Virus record (IMG/VR): IMGVR_UViG_2061766007_000116 | DNA: 29,925 nucleotides | From: an uncultured virus (IMG/VR IMGVR_UViG_2061766007_000116) | Lineage: Duplodnaviria > Heunggongvirae > Uroviricota > Caudoviricetes | Reading direction: 5' to 3' (one strand) | Translations under genes and position numbers: made by a program | In this document: positions 1 to 7,319 of the stretch, in pieces | Layout of the letters: each line of letters starts with the position of its first letter | Numbering within the stretch: position 1 is the first letter of the stretch | Notes under the pieces: generated by a model | The model's input: the letters and a program-made list of their open reading frames with translations, nothing else | Databases searched by the model: none | Told to the model about the DNA's origin: nothing

Positions 1-1
1 C

Positions 2-964
2 GGCTGCGGCCAGTTCGCTGGGGAGCTGTGTGCGGAACGGCAGTTTGCACTGGCATTGTATCCCGGTCAGATCGTTTGCCCTGATCCAGAGCTGCACACC
101 TCGTGCGGTCAGGCCGTGGACGCGGAGCCGATGGCCCACGTCTTGCGACAGTTCCAGCATCACCTTAAACACCTCCTCCTCATTTTCAAGATCTGCTGTG
201 CAGGTGATTCCATGCCCGACGCTCTTCACGGGGGAGACGAAGTCCTTGTGCATGACCCGTGACTGGTCCGTCCCGTTGGCGTAGCGCCAGAGGGCAAGCC
301 CATTCACTCCAAACCATGACCGGAGGAGCTCCGGGGGCGTTTCGGCCACCTGCCCAATGGTGTGGATTCCGTAGTTGGCGAGCTTTCTTTCCGTGGCTGG
401 TCCCACGTAGATCATTTCAGACGCGGCCAGCGGCCACACCTTCTCCCGGAAGTTCTCCGGCGTGATCTCCGTGACGGCATCGGGCTTCTTAAGGTCCGAT
501 CCCAGCTTCGCAAAAATCTTGTTGAAGGACACGCCGACGCTGACCGTCAGGCCCAGCTCCTCACGAGTGGCAGCTCGGATCTGTTCCGCGATCTCCATCC
601 CGGTGCCGCATTGATAGCGGCTTGCCGTCACGTCCAGCCAGCACTCATCCATCCCAAAGGGCTCCACCATATCCGTGTAGCGAAAGTAAATCTCATGAGC
701 CAAGCGCGAGTATTTGATGTACTCGTCATACTGCGGGGGGACGACTGTCAGATTGGGGCATCTCTGACGGGCCTCCCAGCAGACCATGCCTGTCTTGACC
801 CCGGCGCGCTTGGCCAGATCGGATTTGGCGAGGACGATGCCGTGCCTGTCCTCAACAGAGCCGCATACGGCCACGGCCTTCCCGCGCAGGGAGGGGTCCA
901 GCATCATCTCGACGCTGGCGTAAAAACTGTTCATGTCACTGTGCAGGATCGCACGCTGCTGCAT
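2..964 (-). CDS. dinB: DNA polymerase IV / Y-family translesion polymerase (3' end beyond left edge)
   Basis: Absent from the ORF track because there is no stop in the window. Manual minus-strand translation from ATG at 964 (RBS AGGAGGTGA): MQQRAILHSDMNSFYASVEMMLDPSLRGKAVAVCGSVEDRHGIVLAKS...AKRAGVKTGM...VEPFGMDECWLD, carrying the Y-family D-x-x-x-FYASVE and DE catalytic motifs. Confidence 0.95.
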   Translation of the reverse strand, partial: MQQRAILHSDMNSFYASVEMMLDPSLRGKAVAVCGSVEDRHGIVLAKSDLAKRAGVKTGMVCWEARQRCPNLTVVPPQYDEYIKYSRLAHEIYFRYTDMVEPFGMDECWLDVTASRYQCGTGMEIAEQIRAATREELGLTVSVGVSFNKIFAKLGSDLKKPDAVTEITPENFREKVWPLAASEMIYVGPATERKLANYGIHTIGQVAETPPELLRSWFGVNGLALWRYANGTDQSRVMHKDFVSPVKSVGHGITCTADLENEEEVFKVMLELSQDVGHRLRVHGLTARGVQLWIRANDLTGIQCQCKLPFRTQLPSELAAA

Positions 965-998
965 ACGGCTTCACCTCCTGCGGCTTCCTGTGGCCATC

Positions 999-1027
999 AT
1001 AATAAATCTCTTTAAACGAGATTTCAA
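999..1027 (-). promoter_or_regulatory. Putative sigma-A promoter for dinB
   Basis: Minus strand reads TTGAAA-N17-TATTAT, ending 35 bp upstream of the dinB ATG. Confidence 0.6.
1004..1024. promoter_or_regulatory. Palindromic operator candidate AAATCTC-N7-GAGATTT
   Basis: Perfect 7-bp inverted repeat covering the spacer of the dinB promoter; a further GAGATTT half-site lies at 1050-1056. Confidence 0.6.
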
Positions 1028-1061
1028 GGTCGCATTTGTAGAGGATTAAGAGATTTTACAC

Positions 1062-1090
1062 TTGACAAGGGTGTTTTCCCCTTATATAAT
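1062..1090 (+). promoter_or_regulatory. Consensus sigma-A promoter for the XRE-S24 repressor
   Basis: TTGACA (1062-1067), 17-bp spacer, TATAAT (1085-1090): perfect consensus. Confidence 0.85.
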
Positions 1091-1120
1091 TTGGCCATAA
1101 CAAGAAAAGGACGGTGCGCT

Positions 1121-1930
1121 ATGAAAGCAAAAGTCATCCCTATCAGTGCCGCGCAGGCACAGGGCTATAACGCCGCAAAAGAAAAAGAACACAACATCAT
1201 CGGCGCACGGATTGCTGAAGCCCGGAAAAAGAGCGGTATGACCCTGACGGATCTGAGTGCCTGCCTTGAAGGGCTGGGAGTGAAGGCATCACGCGGTGCG
1301 GCCAGCAAGTGGGAAACGGGAGAAACCGTGCCGAATGCATACCAGCTTGTCGCTGTGTTTAATGCTCTTGGCATGGGAGACCGCCTTTCCTATTTCATGG
1401 AGAACTATGTCCCGCCTCTGAATGACGCTGGCCTCCGCAAGGTGGAGGAGTATAAGGCAGACCTGATAGCCAGCGGGAAATACAGACCCGCACCGAGGAT
1501 TGCCAGCGTCATCCGGTATATCGATATGCCAGTCAGCAATCTGGCGGTCTCTGCCGGACTGGGCGCGTTCCTCGATGAGGGGAACTTCGAGATGATCAGC
1601 TTCCCGGAGGACAAGGTCCCCGATGGAGCAGACTTCGGCATCCGGGTATCCGGTGATTCGATGGAGCCCGTGTATCATGACGGCCAGATCGTATGGGTGC
1701 AGGAGTGCGAACAGATCGGCATCGGGCAGGTCGGCGTTTTCGTTTATGATAACGAAGGCTTCCTCAAGATCTACTCCGAGCAGGAGCCGGATGAGGAGAT
1801 CGCGGAGGAGTTTACTGACAGCTATGGGGTTGTCCATCCCCAGCCTGTGCTGGAATCGTACAATCCGAAATACGCACCGAAAGTGCTCCAGCCCAGCGCG
1901 GTTTTTCAAATCGTCGGGCGGGTCCTGTAA
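1121..1930 (+). CDS. LexA/CI-like repressor: XRE HTH plus S24 autopeptidase
   Basis: N-terminal HTH (IGARIAEARKKSGMT...SKWETGETVP), Ala-Gly cleavage site (VSAG), catalytic Ser motif VSGDSMEP and Lys in GFLKIY. ATG 1121 follows AAAGGA and is preferred over TTG 1091. Confidence 0.92.
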   Translation: MKAKVIPISAAQAQGYNAAKEKEHNIIGARIAEARKKSGMTLTDLSACLEGLGVKASRGAASKWETGETVPNAYQLVAVFNALGMGDRLSYFMENYVPPLNDAGLRKVEEYKADLIASGKYRPAPRIASVIRYIDMPVSNLAVSAGLGAFLDEGNFEMISFPEDKVPDGADFGIRVSGDSMEPVYHDGQIVWVQECEQIGIGQVGVFVYDNEGFLKIYSEQEPDEEIAEEFTDSYGVVHPQPVLESYNPKYAPKVLQPSAVFQIVGRVL

Positions 1931-1992
1931 TAGAGTCCATTTTTTGGGACACTATCAGGCTGGGTCCGTTTAGAGTCCGTTTTTTGGGACAC
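1931..1992. repeat. Two 22-bp direct repeats (40-bp period), each containing GTCC-N8-GGAC
   Basis: tagagtccattttttgggacac at 1931-1952 and tagagtccgttttttgggacac at 1971-1992; one mismatch. Confidence 0.85.
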
Positions 1993-2060
1993 CATTGAGT
2001 GTAGAATGGGGGTGTATAGCGGGGATAGACCCCGTGAATAAAGGCAAAGGGGGTTTCACG

Positions 2061-2330
2061 ATGGACACCATTGCGCGGCTGAAGGAGCTGACCGAAGAGC
2101 GGAACATCTCCCTTTACAGGCTTTCGCAGCTCTGCGACATTTCTTATTCTACACTGAAGAACGCGGAAGCACGTAACGGCCAGCTTTCCCTTGACTCTAT
2201 TGAAAGAATTTGTCTAAAGCTCGGCATCCCCCTCTATGAGTTTTTCATGACCGACGAGGATTGGGATGGGATCGAGGCATACGCAATTAGGAGGATGAGG
2301 CTTCATGGTACAGAAAGACAGGCGGTATAA
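2061..2330 (+). CDS. XRE-family HTH regulator
   Basis: MDTIARLKELTEERNISLYRLSQLCDISYSTLKN...SLDSIERICLKLGIPLYEFF; ATG 2061 after AAAGGGGG. Confidence 0.85.
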   Translation: MDTIARLKELTEERNISLYRLSQLCDISYSTLKNAEARNGQLSLDSIERICLKLGIPLYEFFMTDEDWDGIEAYAIRRMRLHGTERQAV

Positions 2331-2796
2331 AGTGGAGCAGTATCTGCTCCCAAATGAGCTTTACACTTCCGGCCCGATGCTGCTGTACCGGGTGATGGGC
2401 GACGTAAACTCCGTCATGGAGCGTTTTTATATGGAGGCCGACGCAGAGTATCCCGGCACTGTCTTTGACGAGGCACACAGGGTATATTACCGGGATGATG
2501 CCTCAGTCCTGATTATCCGCATCGGGATGCCGGTCCCGAAAGGGGCTCTTCTCAGCAGGGCGGTGTACCTTTGCTACAGCAGCAAGAATGGCGAAAACCT
2601 TTATTTTACGTCCGAGCTGGCGCAGTCCGGGCAGTACTTCCTGTGCTGCAGGCCCGACAGCGAGAAGGTCAGGCATATGCTGTGCGATGACGCGCCAGAG
2701 GACACGGCGCAGGAATTTGACATGGTAGCGGACAGCTATTGGGAGCTGGTGATAAATGATGGCCTCAAGCAACTTGAAAGTATATGTGCCAGTTGA
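2305..2796 (+). CDS. Hypothetical protein (163 aa)
   Basis: AGGAGG-containing purine tract upstream; overlaps both neighbours in an operon-like way; no motif recognised. Confidence 0.65.
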   Translation: MVQKDRRYKVEQYLLPNELYTSGPMLLYRVMGDVNSVMERFYMEADAEYPGTVFDEAHRVYYRDDASVLIIRIGMPVPKGALLSRAVYLCYSSKNGENLYFTSELAQSGQYFLCCRPDSEKVRHMLCDDAPEDTAQEFDMVADSYWELVINDGLKQLESICAS

Positions 2797-3034
2797 CGTG
2801 GAGTTCCAGTCAGACGGCACAATGCTCCCGCGCATCATTGTGTGGGAGGACGGCACGAGATATGAAATAGACCGGGTAATTGATATCCGGCAGGCAGCGG
2901 CGATGAGAGCCGGAGGTCAGGGCGACCGCTATACCATAATGATCGACGGGAAACAGAGCTACCTTTTCTTCGAGAGGAGCGCCAACCTGACCGGGAACAA
3001 CATAGGTCGCTGGTTTGTGGAGCGCAAGCAGTAA
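2756..3034 (+). CDS. Small beta-rich hypothetical protein of the kind found near clostridial dinB genes
   Basis: KVYVPV...DG.M.PR.I.WEDG..YEIDRV.DIR.AA...AGGQGDRY...YLFFE...RWFVE. Association with Y-family polymerase loci is from recall and unverified. Confidence 0.7.
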   Translation: MMASSNLKVYVPVDVEFQSDGTMLPRIIVWEDGTRYEIDRVIDIRQAAAMRAGGQGDRYTIMIDGKQSYLFFERSANLTGNNIGRWFVERKQ

Positions 3035-3038
3035 CGAA

Positions 3039-3069
3039 TGCCGGGGAAGGGAAAGCTCCATCCCCGGCA
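3039..3069. terminator. Hairpin between convergent genes
   Basis: tgccgggga ... tccccggca 9-bp perfect stem between the stops at 3034 (+) and 3091 (-). Confidence 0.65.
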
Positions 3070-3090
3070 CCGTTTCACTTGGGCTTATTC

Positions 3091-3555
3091 TTACTTTTCC
3101 ATCGACTGAGCGATGGCCGCTTCAGCGGCTTCGGCTGCAGCCTCCTGCTCGTGCCTCGCGGTCCAGCCACCCTTCGGCTTGGGGGCGTAGGCAGAGTCGA
3201 GGTTATAAACAAGAGCCTGCTCGTCGGCAAAATAAATACCGGGGACATTCCAGTTGTCCTCGGCGTTCCAGCCCATCATCCGTCTGACCATGTTCACAAC
3301 CATCATGTTGTTAACCTTGATCTGATACTTCTGCTCGGCCCTCGGCTTGGAGAACGGGACGGCGTTGGGAGCATCCTCTTTGCACACACGGATGGCGAAC
3401 TGCTTACCCTTCTGATCGATGAGGAGCTGCACGAAGGGCGGGTACCCCAGCTCCTGCGCGGTCTGGACGTTGAACTTGACGATGTTGCCCGTGAACGTGA
3501 CAACGGACGCGGAACGGGTCTTGATGAGATCGATAACAGTGAATTTTTCCAGCAT
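3091..3555 (-). CDS. Hypothetical protein co-transcribed with the serine recombinase
   Basis: 154-aa ORF with AAGGAG RBS, starting 6 bp after the recombinase stop. Confidence 0.8.
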   Translation of the reverse strand: MLEKFTVIDLIKTRSASVVTFTGNIVKFNVQTAQELGYPPFVQLLIDQKGKQFAIRVCKEDAPNAVPFSKPRAEQKYQIKVNNMMVVNMVRRMMGWNAEDNWNVPGIYFADEQALVYNLDSAYAPKPKGGWTARHEQEAAAEAAEAAIAQSMEK

Positions 3556-3561
3556 AGTGAA

Positions 3562-4767
3562 TTACTCCTTCTCAATATAAAAATCGCCGTCCTCTTCGGT
3601 TTCAGGAGATGACGGCTCTAAGGTGTCGGAGGCTTTCATAAGGATGGCCTCCACATCCTGTTCATCCCACGTGGGATCAATGATAAAGAATCCGGCAAGG
3701 GGTCCTTTGACGATGACTTTGGGCTTCTTGCTACGCTGACCCTTCCGCTTACGATATCGTTTCTCCTTGATGATCTGCTGGACCAGCTTCCAGTCGGCCT
3801 TGTCGATGATCGGGGTATGATGGTCCTCGATATAGTATTGGGGCTCGATGCCGTTGTTCTTTACGCATTCATGTGTCAAAGGGTCCAGAGTAACTGTTTT
3901 CTGGCACAGGGCGTCACCACAGAACTTTTCGTTCTTCAGGATACCGAGCACCGCGCCGGAGCTCCATATAGGCAGACCCTTGACCGTGGGGATGCCGCTT
4001 TTGGTGAGCAACTCCGCGATTGCCACGGATGAATAGCCGTTGAGATACAGATTGTAGATAGTGCGTACCACATCGGCCTCCTCCTCGACGATCTCCCAAT
4101 CGTGGCCCTGATAACCGAGGAGTGCCCAATTGGGATAGATACCCAGCCCCTGAGCTCTCCTGCGCTTGAAGGACCATTTCAGGCTGATCGATTTCTGCTC
4201 GGATTCGCTTTGGGCCACGAGGCTCAAAACGGTCACGACCATGTCACTGGTACGATCCAGCGTGTTCAGGTGTTCCGTCTCGAAGTAGACGCCAACCGGG
4301 GGATCGAGCTTGCGGAGCATGAAGATGGTGTTCAATGAGTCCAGAAGGTTTCGGGCAAAGCGGCTGATCTGCTTTGTGATAATCAGGTCGATCTGGCCTG
4401 CCTGACACTGCTCGATCATTTTATTGAACTGCTCCCGGTGCTGCATTGAAGTACCCGAAATGCCCTTATCGGGGAAAATCCCAGCGAACTCCCATTCGGG
4501 GTTTTCCTTGATCATCTTCGTGTAGTTCTGCACCTGCAGCTCGTAGCTGCTTGCCTGATTGTCCTCCTCGGTACTGACCCGACAATAGGCACACACCCGC
4601 AGCTTTTTCTTCGCCGCTCCCTCGTCGGTTTCCTTCGTGGCAGGGATGATCTGCACTGGCTTCACGGGGCCATTCGCATACGCATCCGCGATGCTGTCCC
4701 TTGTGGCCTGCTGCTTCTCACTGCTCCTGCCACGGGGCCGAAGTGGTTTTTTCGTTGTGATCTTCAT
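3562..4767 (-). CDS. Large serine recombinase (resolvase catalytic plus recombinase domain)
   Basis: VCAYCRVST (catalytic Ser), DxGISG, ITKQISRFARN, LGY, ILKNEKFCGD..QKT, HTPII. Start at MKITTKK (4767) with GGAGGTGA RBS. Confidence 0.93.
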   Translation of the reverse strand: MKITTKKPLRPRGRSSEKQQATRDSIADAYANGPVKPVQIIPATKETDEGAAKKKLRVCAYCRVSTEEDNQASSYELQVQNYTKMIKENPEWEFAGIFPDKGISGTSMQHREQFNKMIEQCQAGQIDLIITKQISRFARNLLDSLNTIFMLRKLDPPVGVYFETEHLNTLDRTSDMVVTVLSLVAQSESEQKSISLKWSFKRRRAQGLGIYPNWALLGYQGHDWEIVEEEADVVRTIYNLYLNGYSSVAIAELLTKSGIPTVKGLPIWSSGAVLGILKNEKFCGDALCQKTVTLDPLTHECVKNNGIEPQYYIEDHHTPIIDKADWKLVQQIIKEKRYRKRKGQRSKKPKVIVKGPLAGFFIIDPTWDEQDVEAILMKASDTLEPSSPETEEDGDFYIEKE

Positions 4768-4898
4768 ATCGTTCACCTCCCTCCGCAGCCCGGATTGCAG
4801 GCAAAGCCTACGGCTGCATGGAGTCGGCACGAAGTAGATTATACGCGAAAAGCCCACACAATGAACGAGTCAATTCTCTCAATTGAGTGTAAAAGGGC

Positions 4899-4932
4899 AA
4901 AAAAATAGAAGTCCCTGATTCGGGACCTCTAT
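4899..4932 (-). terminator. Hairpin plus T-tract after the minus-strand XRE gene (could instead be an operator)
   Basis: atagaagtccc-tgattc-gggacctctat preceded by an A-run on the + strand. Confidence 0.5.
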
Positions 4933-4941
4933 CTCTGCGAT

Positions 4942-5250
4942 TTATCCGTGGCGCATGGTTTTCATCATGTGGCGCACAGCGTCCTTCTGCTCGGCGGTTA
5001 GGTTGACCCAATCGTCGAAGAGTGCCTTTAGTTCCGGCGTGAGCTCAACGAAATCGCCCTCCGCGAAGAACTGTGAAAGGGTGATTTTGAGCCCTCGGCA
5101 GATTGCCTCCAGCGTTGCCATAGAAGGGACGGTGTTTCGCCTGAAGATGTTACCGACCGTACCATCAGAAATCCCGCTCTCTTTGGCGAGACGATACGGG
5201 GTCCATCCGCGCTCGTTCATCAGCGCACGGATTCTTTCGTTGACGTCCAT
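4942..5250 (-). CDS. XRE-family HTH regulator
   Basis: MDVNERIRALMNERGWTPYRLAKESGISDGTVGNIFRRNTVPSMATLEAICRGLKITLSQFF; GGAGGTG RBS before ATG 5250. Confidence 0.9.
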   Translation of the reverse strand: MDVNERIRALMNERGWTPYRLAKESGISDGTVGNIFRRNTVPSMATLEAICRGLKITLSQFFAEGDFVELTPELKALFDDWVNLTAEQKDAVRHMMKTMRHG

Positions 5251-5334
5251 TACAGCACCTCCCATCCTGCGTATATTCTACCCGCAAAATGAGTGGCGAT
5301 AATATGGAAATCTTGTATCGGCACTACCTACAAC

Positions 5335-5363
5335 TTGATAGATACCCGAAAAAGCCTTATAAT
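5335..5363 (+). promoter_or_regulatory. Putative sigma-A promoter
   Basis: TTGATA-N17-TATAAT, 16 bp upstream of ATG 5380. Confidence 0.65.
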
Positions 5364-5379
5364 TGCTGAGGGCGTTTGA

Positions 5380-5868
5380 ATGTCTGAAGAAGAAAAAAAG
5401 TTACATCGGTGCTGCTTCACGGGCCACAGGCCACAGAAGCTCCGACGCTCTGAGAAGGAGATCAAAGCTGATCTGGAGAAAGCCATCAAGCAGGCTATCG
5501 CTGACGGATACACCACGTTCATCACGGGCATGGCCTACGGCGTTGACATTTGGGCCGGACAGATTGTGGTGCGGCTGCGGGAGAGCAATCCCACTCTCCA
5601 TCTGATCGCTGCCGTCCCGTTCCGGGGCTTTGAGGACCGCTGGTCCGCTGATTGGAAGAAGGCATACGCAGAGCTGCTGGAACAGGCCGACCTCGTGAAG
5701 TACATCTGCCCCCATTATAGTGGTGGGGCTTATCAGCGCCGGAATGAGTGGATGGTCGATCACTCCAGCAGGATCATTGCTGTGTTCAACGGTGAGCCAA
5801 GCGGCACGAAGAACACGATTGATTACGCCAAGACGAAGGATGCAGCTATAATAAGCATTCCCGCATAA
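5380..5868 (+). CDS. SLOG-family protein (DUF1273/YspA-like)
   Basis: CCFTGHRP, FITGMAYGVD, RRNEWMVDHS..IIAVFNG..SGTKNTIDYA motifs. Confidence 0.88.
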   Translation: MSEEEKKLHRCCFTGHRPQKLRRSEKEIKADLEKAIKQAIADGYTTFITGMAYGVDIWAGQIVVRLRESNPTLHLIAAVPFRGFEDRWSADWKKAYAELLEQADLVKYICPHYSGGAYQRRNEWMVDHSSRIIAVFNGEPSGTKNTIDYAKTKDAAIISIPA

Positions 5869-5967
5869 CGGAAATACCCATAAATACCATGAAATCATAT
5901 AAAAGCCTTGAAAATGCGATGTGCATGTGGTTAAATAGAAACAAGTCTATGATGCGAGGTGATCATA

Positions 5968-6159
5968 ATGCCAGATGGCGTCGCGGAAAGCTGGGTTGGG
6001 ATTCCAGAGGCCGCTGCGTTCTTAGGTGTAACAAAAGACACCATAAGGAATTGGATAAAGAAAACAGATATACCTGCCCACAAGATTGGGAAACTGTGGA
6101 AATTCAAATTATCCGAGCTTGATGAATGGGTAAAGAGCGGCAAGAGCGCAATCGATTAA
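5968..6159 (+). CDS. Excisionase-like (HTH_17/MerR-type) small DNA-binding protein
   Basis: W....EAAAFLGVTKDTIRNWIK...IPAHKIGKLWKFKLSELDEWV; GAGGTG RBS before ATG 5968. Confidence 0.88.
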   Translation: MPDGVAESWVGIPEAAAFLGVTKDTIRNWIKKTDIPAHKIGKLWKFKLSELDEWVKSGKSAID

Positions 6160-6199
6160 TATTGCGGGATTCTATTGCAATCCCACAGGAGGTTTTTAC

Positions 6200-7300
6200 A
6201 TGGATAAACACTATGCCATTTCCCTTTTTTCGGGAGCGGGTGGCTTAGATTTGGGAATAGAAGCCGCTGGCTTCATCACTAAACTATGTACGGACATTGA
6301 TGACTTTAGTTGTCAAACACTGGAATTGAACAAGGCTGGCAATCATGGATTTTTAAGTGAGGCAACCATTGTCAAGAGAAACATTAAAGAATACCCTACC
6401 GATGAATTATTGAAAGATGCCCATCTGAACAAAGAAGAAGTGGACTTGGTATATGGCGGACCACCATGCCAAGCCTTCTCTGTGTTTGGTAAACGGCAAG
6501 GAACAAATGACCCTCGGGGAACTTTGATTTGGGATTATATCAGGGTTATCCACGAGATTCAGCCGCGGAGTTTTATCTTTGAAAATGTGGCTGGCCTTCT
6601 TACTATTGAAAACGGAGAGTTGTTCAAGCAGATCCTTGATGAGCTCTCAAAAGACGAAGAAGGCAAGCCTTGCTATAAACTGTCGTATGCACTGTACAAC
6701 ACGGCAGCATACGGAATACCTCAGTATAGGCAGAGGATTATTGTGTATGGGGTTAAGGGCGATGATGTGACTCCTGTACCCATTCCCCAAGAAACTCACT
6801 ATACACAACCGGATATGCCGGTTATTGGATTGCTCCCACCAGTTACCGTAGGTGATGCGCTGCGGGGATTGCCCGAAACCCCAACACGTGATATTCCTAA
6901 TCACATTGGAAGAGTACACGGCCCAGCAATTATTGAGCGGTACAGCAAAATGCAGTATGGGGAGCGCGATTCCAAAACTCGAATTAACCGCCTTGATCCG
7001 AACAAGCCGAGTTATACAATAGTTGTTGGATCTGATAAGGGTGGCGGAAAAGGGCACATTCATCCGTATCTTCCACGAGAAGTAACTCCTCGAGAATCCG
7101 CAAGAATGCAAACTTTTCCTGACTTTTGGGAGTTTACAGGGACCAGCAGGCATCCTATCCGTCAGGTTGGAAACGCTGTGCCACCGCTCTTCGCTGGGAT
7201 TATTGCATCTAATTTGCTGAGAGCAGCGTTTGATGAGAAGGATGCTCCAGACTATTCCGAGCTCATTAAAAGGCTGGGTTTGGATTATCTCGTAAAGTAA
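6200..7300 (+). CDS. DNA (cytosine-5)-methyltransferase
   Basis: Motif I SLFSGAGGLDLG, IV GGPPCQAFS, VI FENV, VIII PQYRQR, IX-X RESARMQTFP...QVGNAVPP; AGGAGG RBS. Confidence 0.97.
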   Translation: MDKHYAISLFSGAGGLDLGIEAAGFITKLCTDIDDFSCQTLELNKAGNHGFLSEATIVKRNIKEYPTDELLKDAHLNKEEVDLVYGGPPCQAFSVFGKRQGTNDPRGTLIWDYIRVIHEIQPRSFIFENVAGLLTIENGELFKQILDELSKDEEGKPCYKLSYALYNTAAYGIPQYRQRIIVYGVKGDDVTPVPIPQETHYTQPDMPVIGLLPPVTVGDALRGLPETPTRDIPNHIGRVHGPAIIERYSKMQYGERDSKTRINRLDPNKPSYTIVVGSDKGGGKGHIHPYLPREVTPRESARMQTFPDFWEFTGTSRHPIRQVGNAVPPLFAGIIASNLLRAAFDEKDAPDYSELIKRLGLDYLVK

Positions 7301-7319
7301 GCGAGCGGAGGTGTTGGAA

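Noticed and set aside
30..1015. Plus-strand ORFs including 362..1015 (217 aa)
   Set aside because: Antisense shadows of dinB.
3079..3612. 177-aa plus-strand ORF and the 206-aa minus ORF at 1289..1909
   Set aside because: Antisense shadows of better-supported genes in GC-rich DNA.
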